A program made the translations under genes and the position numbers. Positions 51,640 through 64,000 of a DNA stretch of 64,000 bases are shown piece after piece. Location of the stretch: contig NC_086097.1 in assembly GCF_963921235.1 (NCBI RefSeq), forward strand, positions 14,384,001-14,448,000. Reading direction: 5' to 3'. Below the pieces are notes generated by a model that was not told where the DNA came from, did no database searches, and saw only the letters and a program-made list of their open reading frames with translations. Each line of letters starts with the position of its first letter. Position 1 is the first letter of the stretch. The stretch is from Mobula hypostoma. Its lineage: Eukaryota.

Positions 51640-51857
51640 GAGATTGCCTCTCAAAGTCCAGCCCTACGTCCCCATCGTGAGGGGTGGTAACAGGTCGGCC
51701 AGCCAACAGGGTTCTGCTGAAGCTGGATAGGCCAATTCACCGAACAGTGGACACAGTGGATTACAGAAACTTTGATGAACTCCAACCAGACCATCGAGGA
51801 GATGGGAGGTCACCAATGGCTTCTGCTCGACTGGGAGCTAAGGGCCCAAGAAGAAGA
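51640..51857 (+). mobile_element. Short RTE-type non-autonomous retroposon
   Basis: 3' stem followed by an (aag)n tail, atataa on both flanks, HDV-like fold at the 5' end. Confidence 0.6.
51646..51713 (+). ncRNA. HDV-like self-cleaving ribozyme fold
   Basis: P1 gcctctc/gaggggt (G-U at position 1), P2 agccct/agggtt, P3 acg/cgt, L3 tccccat, P1.1 cc/gg, short P4 gg-tcgg-cc, J4/2 Ccaac; the elements occur in the HDV nested-pseudoknot order. Confidence 0.68.
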
Positions 51858-52689
51858 TATATAATAAATTAGAGCAAGAGGATGTCATTTTGAGACTTCT
51901 CTAACTTATCTGATTATTTCCTTAACCTCGACCCCTAATTCCAGCCTGATCCCTGTCACTCTTAATACCTCTGTAATCCAGAAATCTCTCACAGCTTCCA
52001 CAGCTCTCTGCATGTAGGATTTCAAAAATTTCCAATCCTCTCAACAATTCCTTCTCATCTCAGTCTTAAGCACATCTTGCTTTATCCCAGTTCTGGACTC
52101 CCCCATTAGGGGAAATACCCGTGCGGCATCAATGCTGTCAAACGCCCTCAGATCACATCTCAGCTTTCAGAACCCCAGTGAGTTCAGACACAGTGCAGTG
52201 TATACTTCCAAAGCTACTTAGGTGTGTAGTTTTTGTGGTTGTAAATCTAAAGCAACCTGCTCTGAATTGTCTAGACTGAGATTAAAACCACATATTATGG
52301 GTTGGCGAGGAAAATTGCTTGTGTGCGGATAAAGCTCATTATTGCAAGCTAATGGAATTATCATCATCCTCTGTATAAATGATTTCTGCACAGATTCACC
52401 TGGAGAGTTCAAGTGACCACTGAAAAAAAAACATTCTATCAACACCATTATTCATTTTAATTATAAAAACAAAGACAATGCTTGAAACGGTATTGCAATA
52501 TACCTATACCCTTCCAATGTCTGCTGGTTTCACTTTGTCTCTAATACATCAAATTCCACTGTACAATGCCACCTTTCTATGGTTAATGCAATAAAAATTT
52601 TTTTTTTCATGAGTGAATCACTTTTTAAATTATTTCCAAGTAATTTTGTGTAAATGATAAAATTAGACTGAGAGTTTCTTTTGTGAGTC

Positions 52690-53300
52690 ATCAATGCAAA
52701 TCAACTTTGGACTGCATCGTCCTTACAGTTGTCTGCTGATGGGAAAATGTAGTGCGATTCCAACGACGGAGTATTGCAAGGTCTACGAGGAAGGTACTTA
52801 CCACATCCTTGTCATCTGTTTTGTACCACCTAATATCAACAAATACCCTGACCACTGATTCACACTCTTCAGACCCACCCAGGTTTACCTTCAGATACAC
52901 AGTCCTCCCTTTCCTCATACCCACAAGACCAAATCACATTATCACCAAATACATGGGTCCAAAGCCTCCTCAACCCCAATTACAGAGCCCATGACCAACT
53001 TTCCCATCACAGCACTGATAGAGGTTTAAAGTAATGGGCCAATGACTCGAACAGTAGACATCCCAGCACAATGGCTCCATTTCCAGATAAACACCTTCAC
53101 CTATCTGAAGTGGATTCCTTTCAAGCAATGGGTCCAACACCATTTTCCCTTCTTCCAAATCCAACTCATTTATCCTTGGGAATTTCGGCATCAGACCAGT
53201 TGACTGGTAAAATAAGATATGAATTCAGGGCTGCAAAGCCCCAGGAGGGAGACTTTTCCTTCCCCGGGTTACCTTGGAGACTTTAAAGTTCAAGCTATGC
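52690..53300 (-). mobile_element. Possible heavily decayed Gypsy-type gag/protease remnant
   Basis: Fragmented, coding-like minus-strand frames loosely resembling fish Gypsy protease regions; no catalytic motif legible. Confidence 0.25.
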
Positions 53301-56300
53301 TCCCCTAGCTGCCTGACACGTGGATGCACAATTAAACCACTCACCACATTGAAAAGGTACCTCAATGAGTAACTGAAGAGCTGTAACACACAGGATTGTG
53401 AACTAAGAGAAGTGAGATTAACCACTTTTAACCAGTCTGGCCACAATGACTCAAGTAGACTTGCTTCTGTGCTTGATGAGCTGGGACAAGCATTAAAGAA
53501 AACTTGCATTCGGCCGTGGATATGGCTAGGCCCAAAGACAGGATCATAGGCAATGGAGAGGTGATATAAATGGCTCAATTTAATATCAGAGAATGTACAC
53601 AACATACAACCTGAAATTCTTACTCTTCACAGAGCATATCCTGGCTTTTAATTGGAATTAGTGGAAGATCATGCTATGGAGAGTAAACAGGGGAGTTGGA
53701 CCAACCAAGCTGCTTACCCTTGACACTCTACACACTGTCTTAATCTCTCTGGGTTCATGCCAGAGATTCTGGAAGGCATGCCTGCATTTTTAAGCACCTT
53801 AACAAACCACAACAGCTCTGCAATTTCCATAACACATTTTTAAGACCATGGTGTGATAATTGACAGAATTCCTGCTGCCAAATGTTGCCCTTGCCTACAG
53901 AAACAGTGTGAGTGGCATCAAAGCAGATGACAAAAGAAATAACTGAGGCTTATAGAGAATAAGAAGTAATGCAATGAGAAGATGAGATGAGCAATTGGCT
54001 TTGAACATGGAGCCTGGTGAGAAATTCAGTGCATTCACAAACTATCGCCTGGGTAGCTTTCATTTTAGTTGAACTTGCAAGAATTTTCTTCCCTTTACCT
54101 TGCTTCATGGAAAATAGAAGGAACAAAAGAAAACTCGTAAAACAGAGCCAAGGTTTCACGATCATATTTGATTCTAGCATTTAGGTTTGAGTTGGCTATC
54201 TGTTCAGTCCTAATGTGGATGTTGTTGATATGTGTGTGTGTGTATATTTATTTATTTATTCATATATTTATATATATTTCTGCCTGTTGCACTGCTGGCA
54301 TTCAGGGCAGCAATGAAGATCCTCCATCTCTGTCTGTATAGAAGGATTCTTCATTGCTATTTCCATAATAATATTTTTTGACCAATCAGCAGGGTTGTTG
54401 GCCCTGAGCTGAACTGCCGCCCCCCCCCCCACCCGCCAAACCTGGAGGACCACTCTTAGTCTGGCTTTTACTGTGTTTGGCAAAAGTGACCCTACCAAGA
54501 GCCAAAGCACAAAGCCCTGACTCCAGCCAACATACCTCTCCGGGTCACTGAGGCATGCAAAGCTCCAAATGATGATAAGGTTGTGGTCATCTAGGATAGT
54601 TAACATGTGGGACTAAGATTAAAACACCAGGGTATCAATGCAAATTTCCTCACCCTTACACAAGTACTGTATTAAATTTAGTCAATAAAATATTAGAAAA
54701 TTAGAAAAACTAACCTCAACGATGGTATTCACCAAACTCTTGGATTGCTCTGGAAACTCATCTGGTGCACTAACATACCTCAGTGAAGGAAATCTGCTAT
54801 CCCTACCTAGTGCAGGAATGTAATTGACTCATAATTGCAAGCCCTTCAGTTGCATCATGACTTCAATGTTAGGGCCACAGCCATTGAAGGAGCCAGCTCC
54901 CCAGGAGTAATCCAAGATAGGCAATAAATGCAGCCACAGAGACATCCTAAAGAAAACACAAATACAAATCTGGCTGGTGCATTGATTTCCTGTTGAGTTT
55001 GACAGTGAGAAATGAATTATTATTAAACTGAGGTAACAACTAGCAAAGTTCTTTAAACTGTTTATGTGTACAGCAGAAGTAAGTAAACCTTACCACATGC
55101 AATATTACTGGCAGTATGTTGGCAGGCTATAGAAAAAATCCAATGAAAACACAATCTGAGAATGAATTGCAGTCTGTAACATTATTTGAACCCCAGCATT
55201 CTAACTTGCAGCATACTATTGGGTATCTTTCATTATGCAGGACAGTTTCAATAGTGGAAGCTGGAAAAATTTTATTGTGCACATTTTCAGTCTTCTGTGA
55301 CCTTTTTGATGATATAGGCATTTGGACATCTTAATGTGGAAATCTTGTCTCACTGTTGTTTTATCGTTTGAGGTTGTCATTGAAGCTTAGTGGTTAGTAG
55401 GTAGACTTACTTATTTTTAATCAGATTGTTCAGTCTCCAATATTGTGTTTGTGACAGGAAGGTTTAGTCAACCAGTTGAGATAAAACTAAAATTGATGGG
55501 CTTGCAATGCAGGAAGAGATAAATAACCTACATGATTAGTTATATATCCAATAATATTTTAAATTGCCCTACTTTGTATACCTGAGGGCCGAGGGCCGCC
55601 AACTGCAACATAGTAGAGTTTTCCCAGTGCACCTATCCTTTCTATAACGCACTCTCAGGTCAGAAACCTCCTTTTCCTGCCACCTTTGTCTTCATTTCCA
55701 CCCTTAAGTTTTCCTGCCTCTGGGACACACTCTCTTACTTTTGCCATGTTTGATTTTCATGTTTCTGGTGAACCAGATGATTTACTGATACGGGGAAAAG
55801 CTTGTCTGATATAAAAAAAGGGTTTCAGCCATTAGGAAAAGATTACAGGTTATTCCTGGTTGTGATTTTGTTAATCATTCCTTTGGGCACTTATCTCACT
55901 GAAGGCAATGCCCCATAAAGGTGGCATTGCCATCAAGGACCCCCATTACCCAGAATATGCCCTCCTCCCATTGCTACCATCAAGGAGGAGCGACAGGAGT
56001 CTGAAGATGCACACTCAGCGATTCAGGAACAGCTTCTTCCCCTCTGCCATCTGATTTCTGAATGGGCAATGAACCCATGAACACCACCTCAGTACTTTTC
56101 CCTTTCTTTTTGCACGACTTATTTACTTTTTATATAATTCTTAATGCAATTTATAGTTTTTATTATTATGTATTGCAATGTACTGCAGCCACAAAACAAA
56201 TGCTAGTAATATTAAACCTGATTCTGGGGTAAAATGCTCACCATCATCATATCAAGGACAATTAGGAATGGGTCATAAATATTGTCTTTGCCCACAATAC

Positions 56301-56320
56301 CACCACCTTTAATATATAAC

Positions 56321-56740
56321 CACCAAGAGGACCACTACCTTGTCATAGGGTTTGGAGGCTTGCATGCCTCAGTAACCCCAAAAGCTATGTTGTTTGGAGT
56401 CAGGGCTTTATGCTTTGACTTATGGTAGGGTCGCCCATGGCAAACAGGTCAAAGGGTAACAGCCAGACTAAGAGTGGTCCACCGGACCTCCAGGTTCTGG
56501 GGTTCAGCTCAGGGCCAACAACCCTGACCGGTGAAACAAAATCGTTATGGAAACAGAAATGAAGAGTCCTTCTACATCTGAGTGCGATGGTATTCCAGAG
56601 CCTCCACCTGGGACTTGCATGACTAAGAGTAGTGAAAACTGAGAGGAAGCTACTGACAATGAGGAAAGCCCTGGACTCCATTAGAGATGAGGATCTTCAT
56701 TGCTGTCCTAAATGCCAGTGGCATAACAGGCAGTAAGTAA
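56321..56740 (+). mobile_element. Bipartite non-autonomous RTE-type element
   Basis: 5' part (accttgtcatagggtttggaggcttgcatg...agctatgttg...ggtagggtcgcccatggcaaacaggtc) resembles RTE/Expander 5'UTRs; (agta)n tail; no ORF. Confidence 0.68.
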
Positions 56741-57393
56741 CATATAAAGAAAAATGCAGTATTTACTTCAAGCCTAAAAATGTATACAAAATATAATTAA
56801 TACCCTGCCACTAATAAGGTCTCATCACTAGGAGAGCGAGCTGTTTACTGTTTATTATTACCTATTATACTGCACTGCTGCTGCAAAACAACTTTGGCAA
56901 CATAAGCTAGTGATATTAAACCTGATTCTGATTCAGTGGCAGCATCCATGTGGCTAATTCTCTCCTGCTCTCCCTGTCTCCATTTTGCTGGACGTACCAC
57001 AGCGTCTAACTCAAAACACCTCTATTGAGAAAGTCTTGCTTCCAGGTAAAGCTATCCCCCTTCCACCAAAACCTGGCTGAGCCCTTGCTCTGTTTTCCAC
57101 CGCATGAAAGGGACACCCATGATCTGAGGAATGATTTCAAAATTAAATCCCTCATAGATTCTTAGATTGCTATCCAAAACCGAGCCTACCACGGGCAATA
57201 GTGATTGACAGGAAAGCAAAATACATCCCTTTCAGCATCCTCTTGACAAGGCTCGTCTGTTCTGTCACAGTTAGAATAGACCGAGGTTGGGAAAAATTGT
57301 GAGCATTTTAATTCATTTTGTTAAATAAAGGAATCATTACAATAAATAGACACAGTAAAGTCCTTTTTATATAAATATAAGCAGTCAATTTCT

Positions 57394-57399
57394 TTTATT
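57394..57399 (-). terminator. Polyadenylation signal AATAAA
   Basis: tttatt on +; downstream on the minus strand lies a GU/U-rich element ctttactgtgtctatttattgt (~57360-57339). A second AATAAA is at 57617-57622. Confidence 0.6.
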
Positions 57400-57450
57400 A
57401 GAAAACCTTGGATAAATTGGTGCCAAGGGATATGAAGTAAAAACACAATT

Positions 57451-57477
57451 ATATTTATATATATATATATATATATA
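57451..57477. repeat. (TA)n microsatellite
   Basis: Direct reading. Confidence 0.9.
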
Positions 57478-59665
57478 AAAAAGGGCAGCTGTCTACCAAA
57501 TATAAAGGGAAAACTATTTTGACTATGAGCTGTAAATGTACCAATGGAATTTTGTGCGTGCTTTACCCAAAGAATGAATTCTACTCAGAAGATATAAGTT
57601 GGGCTTGAAAAGGTCCTTTATTAAAAGATGGTTAAAATAATTAAAAAAAAACATGGTGTACTATCTAATCCCCAATGATAAGTCACATTATGCCTATGAT
57701 CACGAACAGATAACCTATCAAACAAAACTGATTATTACTGGCCCGGTCAATGGATTGGGTGGGCCTTTAAGACTTAGCGACGTGCCACAGTGAATCGCAC
57801 AAACGTTTCATTATCATCTCGAGTGCTGTCTGATATTTTATCTCAGCCGGAATCGATTGTGCTCAACCTGACCTGTCATACCATCATTTATACAGACGCT
57901 GACTGCTGAACAAGTACTGAACTCCAGATTCTTACATGGGGAAAAAATAGGCAGAAAGGTAAAAGTTTGAAGATTGTAAAGATAACTTTTGATTTATTTT
58001 TTTTTTCACTTGAAAATGGGACAAACATTTTGGATGAGTGTATGAGTGAAATGGTAGACACAAGCTGAAAACAGTGTGGCTTAGAAAAGGGCTTGATTTT
58101 GTACAGAAAACAGAACAATAAATATTTCACAAAGCCAAGCTGATGTGACCTCAGGTCAACACTTCAACATAAAAAAAGGATAAAGTGCATCTGTTTTAAA
58201 CAGAGCACAACACAAGCAATAATAAATAGTTCAAACCTGTAGTATAAGACCAAATCTCAAGTTACAATAAAGAGCTCTAAATACAGAAATAGAAAAAAAG
58301 CTAATAAAATATTTGCCTTGCCATTACAAATAGGTCCAACTCAAGTGGCATTGATTTGCTTTGCATTTTAAGTACAATTCTTAAAAATACAACAGCACCA
58401 TTAAAGTGTTTGGTCATGATTAAAAAAAAACAAGCTGTGGACTGTACTTCACAGAGGCAGGATGAAACATGAGCTCTTGAACTTTGAACTTTTTATAATA
58501 GTTTTGTTTCTCGTACTTCTCCAAACAGGTGAGTTCATGATGTTGTCAAGATAGTGGTAAACAGCAGGGTGGGGACCTTAGTCTTGCATTGTGACACATT
58601 AGGGCACAAACTGCTAATGGCCGGAACACATTAGCCAGTGAAGGGCAACAACATCAGAGAATTAAATCGTACCATGTTAAAGGAGCATTGTTTAGACTCG
58701 GAACAACCTGGTGGCAAATGCTCATATGGAAATAGGGAAGTGGGGGAGGAATTATAGCCATGGAGCACAGAAACAGGCCTTTTGGCCCATCTAGCCCATG
58801 CCAAATTGTTATTCTGCCCAGTCCCATTGACACACAACTAGACCATAGCCCTTTATACCCTTTCTGCCTATGTACTTATCCAAATAAGTACTTCTCTTAA
58901 ATGCTGAAATTGAACCCACATCCACCACTTCTGCTGGCATTTGCCATCTAGACTAGAAAATAAGCCCATTATTTTTAACCAAGTTTAAAGGGAAGTAGAT
59001 ATTACAGTTCTTTACAGGAACTCGTTCAATTACCCTTGCTTGGTTTAGAGGTCGTCAATCCCAGGTAATGGCATGTGACACCTTCAGCGGGTGTTTCCTT
59101 TGGTACTGCACATCCTCACCTTCCCCATGATGAGGAGTGACAACCTGTGCAAATAACAGACCTTTGTCTTTTTTTCCAAATGCCCATACCGAATGGTGTA
59201 TGTGCCATGTCTGCGTAACAGGCAAGCCCTTGGTCACTGCCTCACTGAAGACCTCCTTCCTCCTTGGGGGGTTGAGGAGGCAAGCCCCAAAAGCTGCATT
59301 CAGTTCCTAGCCTCCCTCCCATAACTCACAACAAGAGGCACTTGTCTTTCTGATATGTACAGCTCATGTTCCTTTACCAACAGTTTTTCTTTGGAAGTCA
59401 TTTGACGATGCCACAAGCAAACACTGCCACATTGTAACCAGGAAATAAACCCTGGCTGAAATGAACAGGGAACAGATATGTTACAATAGGTTCTTGATCA
59501 GTCAGGGCGTCAAAGGTTACGGGGAGAAGGCAGGAAATGGGACTGAGAGGGATAATAATGGCCTAATTCTGCTCTTATGTCTTATGGAACCTATCAGCAG
59601 AAACCGTGCTGATGCTCTTCTCTTCAATTCTGGTTCCCATTTAATTCCAACTGAGCATAATACAA

Positions 59666-59860
59666 GGCCGGCTAGTGGCGTAGTGGCATCAGCACCGGAC
59701 TTTGGAGCGAAGGCTCCTGAGTTCGAATCCACCCGGCTCCCTTGCACACTTTCCATCTGTGCTGGGTTGAGCATTGAGCTAGCAACTCTGCCTCGTAAAA
59801 ATAAGAAAGCCTGATAAAGTCCCGATGACTCCACTTGGAGTTAAGGGCTTTCTTCTTCTT
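59666..59860 (+). mobile_element. tRNA-derived SINE with RTE-like body/tail, full length
   Basis: A box tggcgtagtgg, B box gagttcgaatc, (ttc)n tail, exact 10-bp TSD cataatacaa (59656-59665, 59861-59870). A headless relative lies at ~24158-24288. Confidence 0.9.
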
Positions 59861-62800
59861 CATAATACAAAGGATATCCCTTTTTAACAGGCGTGCTGAG
59901 TAATTTCTTTAGCCAAAGAGTGGCGAATTTGTGGAATTCATTGCTGTGGAGGCCAAGTCATTGGGTATATTTAAAACAGAGGTTGATCGGTTCTTGATAG
60001 GTCAGAGCATCAAAGGTTATTGGGAAAAAGTAGGAGAATGGGGTTGAGAGGAGAAACGAATCAACCATGATCAGAATGATGGGCTGAATGGCTTACTTCT
60101 ACTTCTATATCTTAAGGACTTTATGTGATATCACTGTCAGTCCTCCCTTTTTCTACAGTGTATAGAACAGTTAAAGGTCAAAAGCTGACACTATTTTTGC
60201 TGTAGGTGAGTTATGTGAAGATGGCAAAATCTGACTAATGCTCTCTGCCACTGGAATGAGTTGTGAAAATGTCGATCAATACACCAGAGAAGATGGCAGA
60301 AGCCCCAAGGACAGAGGGGGTTTGGCTCCACTGATGGTAATTCAAAATCATTACACCATTTTGCCCAACCCAGGAACGATGCAATGGGTAGACTGCAGCA
60401 TTGATACTAGCCTTGGCTTTATTCCATCTACCTGGACTGGGTAGGATCTTGCAGAAGGAACGAGGACATCCTTGAGAACAATGACTATCTCCAGAAAAAT
60501 GGGGCAAATGAGTATCCGGACACCTTGTTCTAATAAAGAAAACTCAAACAAAATGACATAGCCAACTAGAGCTGACATAATCAACTACAAATGGCCATAG
60601 TTGCAGAGTAGTAGATATGCATTGAAATCACGGCAGCTGCTTTTCTTTTTATTTACAGAAATGGCTGAATAAAAACCCACTGGCCGATTAAGTTACTTAG
60701 CCTGTAAGCAACTTAAAATAAGAAGAGGTTAATAAATTCTGTTCATGGCTTTTAGGGAGTGAAGCACAAACATTTCAGTTCTTGAAATATTGCATTTCTC
60801 TAATGTACCAATTATTCGCTCAGGATGGTTTGTGTTCCTGTCTTTAGTGCAAATTTCAAAGTGTCAAAATACACACAATTTCATCCCACCTCTTTGCGAT
60901 TATTACAAGTATTGAAGAACTGTGGAATGTGAAATTAGGAGTGAGTGATCCTGTTAACACAAGAAACCAAATGGCAGCTTAGATCAACATACACTTGTAC
61001 CTGCCTCATCGGTTTTACACAGCAGCAGATCAAGGAGGCCCAAAACCCAAATCCCCACGGAAACGTTGGACTAAACAGTGCCATGCGCGCAACATGGATG
61101 CATCAGGGACAAAAAAAGAAAAAAAATGCAGAACTATTAAAGGTAGGTCCACTGTTGGGAAATGCAGTATCGATTCACTCCCACTGACAGTCTCTAGCAT
61201 TAGTGACATCTAGTGGCTTCTAATACTGCACAAATCAATGTTAATCATTGATTTTTTTTTTCTTCAAGAAAGAACGGTCCATCTATTTTACAAAACAAAT
61301 AAAAGGCAGAAATGCATCCAACATAAGGAAACCTCGTCCCTGTGAACATACTCCGGCCCAGGATGTACACGACATTGACTCAACCACTGTCTTCCATGCC
61401 ACATACTGGATGATCCTTAAAGCAGCGTGAGATACACATGTTTTGGTCTTCAATCAGTTGGATTTACATTGATCTAACTCTGACCACAACGGATCGAAAC
61501 AGAGTCTGCGTAAACAGGGAGAGTGAAGGCAGCAGATCACAAAGAAAAAGAAACTCAGAACAAAACTGGTAAAAACTGTAAACCATGCATATCCAACACG
61601 GTGGAAAACTGGGTGATGGTGGGAAAGTGGGAACTGTACAACTGAAAAATCACATTATCAGTGACCAGCAATGCATTTCCTAATTCCTTTTTGTATTTTT
61701 TTTAAACAAAAGGTCGTTACACGACCTTTTTTTTCTCCTGTACAATAAGATTTCAGAACATACAAATTATTTTTGCACTATTTTTATCCTGCCAAAATTA
61801 AAAAAATATATTATGGCAGCCTGTGTGATTTTTTTCTTCTAATCCACTACCAAAAAAAAGGTACTTTTCTTTTTGTTGTACCTTTAAAAGGACAAGCAAA
61901 CAGTTAAAAAATACAAGCTGCTGTATGAATACAGCAAGTGCCTACACTATTATGAACCAATACCAAGTAACCATTCCAGAGAAACAGAGGGAAAAAGTAC
62001 AGGTCAGAAGTGTGATTTAAGCAAAGCAATTACATGAATATGCACTTTTCTACTAATTTTTTTTCTTGCCTACATATGGTAGCAGTAATCGTTCTTCCCA
62101 ATACAAGTTCTATACAATTTTTGAAAAAAGATAAAACACTCAAGGCAAAAAAGTCTACTAAAACTGATAGTCAATTAGACTTTACAATTACAGTGACAAG
62201 AACAATTTTAGACCCACAAATTTACTGCAACAATTTCCATTTTTGAAAAAAAAAATTTTTTTGTTTTTTTTCTCTCTCTCCATTTTGTAAAATGCCCAGG
62301 CATTCTCCATTAATACAAATACTGGTACACTTTTACAGTGATCAAGAAACTGTAATATATATATATTAAACCCCGTCACCAGTTGAATCAGAGAACCAAT
62401 ATACACATGGCCATAATGGCACCCATGTATTTACTAAGCAAACTTCGGGAAAAAAAAACCTCTTGATCATTCAACAAACACGCACGCACGCACACACAAT
62501 ATTTTTTTTGTATTTTTTTCCACTCTTGTAGATATTCAATACTGTAAACTTATTCGAGACTGAGTGCACTAAATTCTGTTCAGAACCAAAAAAAAATAAG
62601 GAGTAGCCATTGTTCCTGATGAGTAACTGTCTTTATGTTCTTGTTGGGATTCTGGAGGCATCTTTTATTTTACTATTGAGCCTTGCTACAGTGGGGCTCC
62701 CACAGTTTAAGCAGCATCCTGCAGTGTCAAATGATGAGCATAGATCGGCAGACCAGTTTCCGAAGTTGATTAGCTGGGTGGGGTGGGGGCTGGGTTAACT

Positions 62801-64000
62801 GGGGATTAGGAATGTTGTCACATCTTCACCAACTTGTAGCGACTGGCGTGAAGGTCCGCTGATTGCTTTATTTTGTTTGTCTATAAATTCTGGATTGTTG
62901 GTGCGTGGAGAACTCTAGAATCTAATGACGTACATCTTTCTCTTGTGTGATTTTTTTTCCTCTCTTCTTCAAATCAGCACTTTTTTTTTAAACTTCACAA
63001 AAAGTGGTTTTGCATTTGTCTCAGAGACTCATTAGGAAGATCAAGTATTCAAGGCACTCATGTCAAATCGAATGGCAGTATAAAAACTGTCAAATGACAT
63101 TAACTTTTTTTTTAATATAGTGCCAGCATTGTGAATGCTACGCTAAGCAACACTGACACTTTAATCTCAGTTGTTCCCTAATGTATATGATAACCCTTTT
63201 TGGACCATAGAATTCCCATAGTTTTTCTTGTTCAGAAGTCGCAGTTTCTATAATTAAAAAAACAAATACGTTAAGGTGCGGGTTCAAAAAAAGGAAATAT
63301 CTCAGGTACAAATTTAGCTCTTTAAAACACAATGGCCATAGACCATCCACTCCTGTTGGCAAAATACCTGTGCATTTCAGCAATAATGCATATCGCATAC
63401 AATCAAGCACAGATGTTTTGGTAGGCATTGGCAATAATGCACTTCTGATTTTGCTTGGTTCACTTTCGCTGTGCATTTTACTCACTAGTTAGTAACACAA
63501 ACTAAAAGATCGTTATTGCTTAGGTTAAATTTCTGGCCGGTATCACTGGGCACTGGATAGTAAATTCCCTCTCTCATCTGCCTGAGCTTTCTTTCTTTAC
63601 TTGTCATAAACTATATTAGTTTTAGCCAGGGGGAGGGTGGGGGTCAGTGACGAAAATTGACAACGGCAGTTCCAGATTCCAGTGGCTTTTAAGATCAGTG
63701 CTACATTTCGAACCCAGTTTGTGATTTAAAAAAAATGAGTTAAGTGCTACGATTAGGATTGTGATCCGCTGTGGCTCTCCCTTTTTCCTTAAAACACAAA
63801 TTGTAAGAAAAATATGTTTTTTGTGCAAATCCAATCTGCCTCACCCCAACCAACCCCCTCCTTGACACCGATGGCAAAGAAATTAAAGGAAATCAACAAA
63901 GGCGGCTTCTATCCAAGAAATTACTGTGTTAACTATTCGGTTCCAAATAAGCAGCGGCCCCAGAGAAGGGTTATTTCGATGGATCTGCACCTCAAAATGC

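Larger units (their letters stand above)
57370..64000 (-). other. Probable long 3'UTR (terminal exon) of an unidentified minus-strand gene
   Basis: Sharp drop in repeat density outside ~58.7-60.1 kb, U-rich tracts on the minus strand, poly(A) signal at the left edge, several miRNA seed matches, no credible ORF. Confidence 0.65.

Noticed and set aside
59666..59740. tRNA gene
   Set aside because: It is the head of a TSD-flanked SINE with an RTE-like body and tail, and the acceptor stem is imperfect.
57370..64000. Assigning a gene name to the 3'UTR
   Set aside because: No coding sequence is in view and I do not recognise the UTR with confidence; a BLAST search is needed.

Overview
Repeat-dense vertebrate genomic DNA. 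The Rex1/Babar, CR1, L2, RTE and Penelope-like families present suggest a cartilaginous fish, probably a ray (inference). I found no intact protein-coding gene; almost all listed ORFs are retroelement relics or noise. Positions 1-57,300 are a mosaic of decayed and nested LINEs, SINEs, Tc1/Tigger/hAT MITEs, three solo LTRs and Penelope-like (PLE) fragments, with a few unique islands. Positions ~57,370-64,000 look like a long minus-strand 3'UTR (AATAAA plus downstream GU-rich element, several miRNA seed matches) of an unidentified gene whose CDS lies beyond the window end. The most notable signals are RNA and structural. (1) A complete HDV-like ribozyme fold heads a ~220-bp RTE-type retroposon at 51,646. 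(2) PLE-derived inserts carry minimal hammerhead motifs and 11-13 bp TSDs, one being a 97-bp insert that starts at the ribozyme. (3) Three copies of a composite Tc1-type element are bounded by two palindromic mini-MITEs and carry a LINE 3' tail. (4) There are clean nested insertions with readable TSDs. I see no evidence of a new protein-coding system. Repeat boundaries without a stated TSD are approximate.
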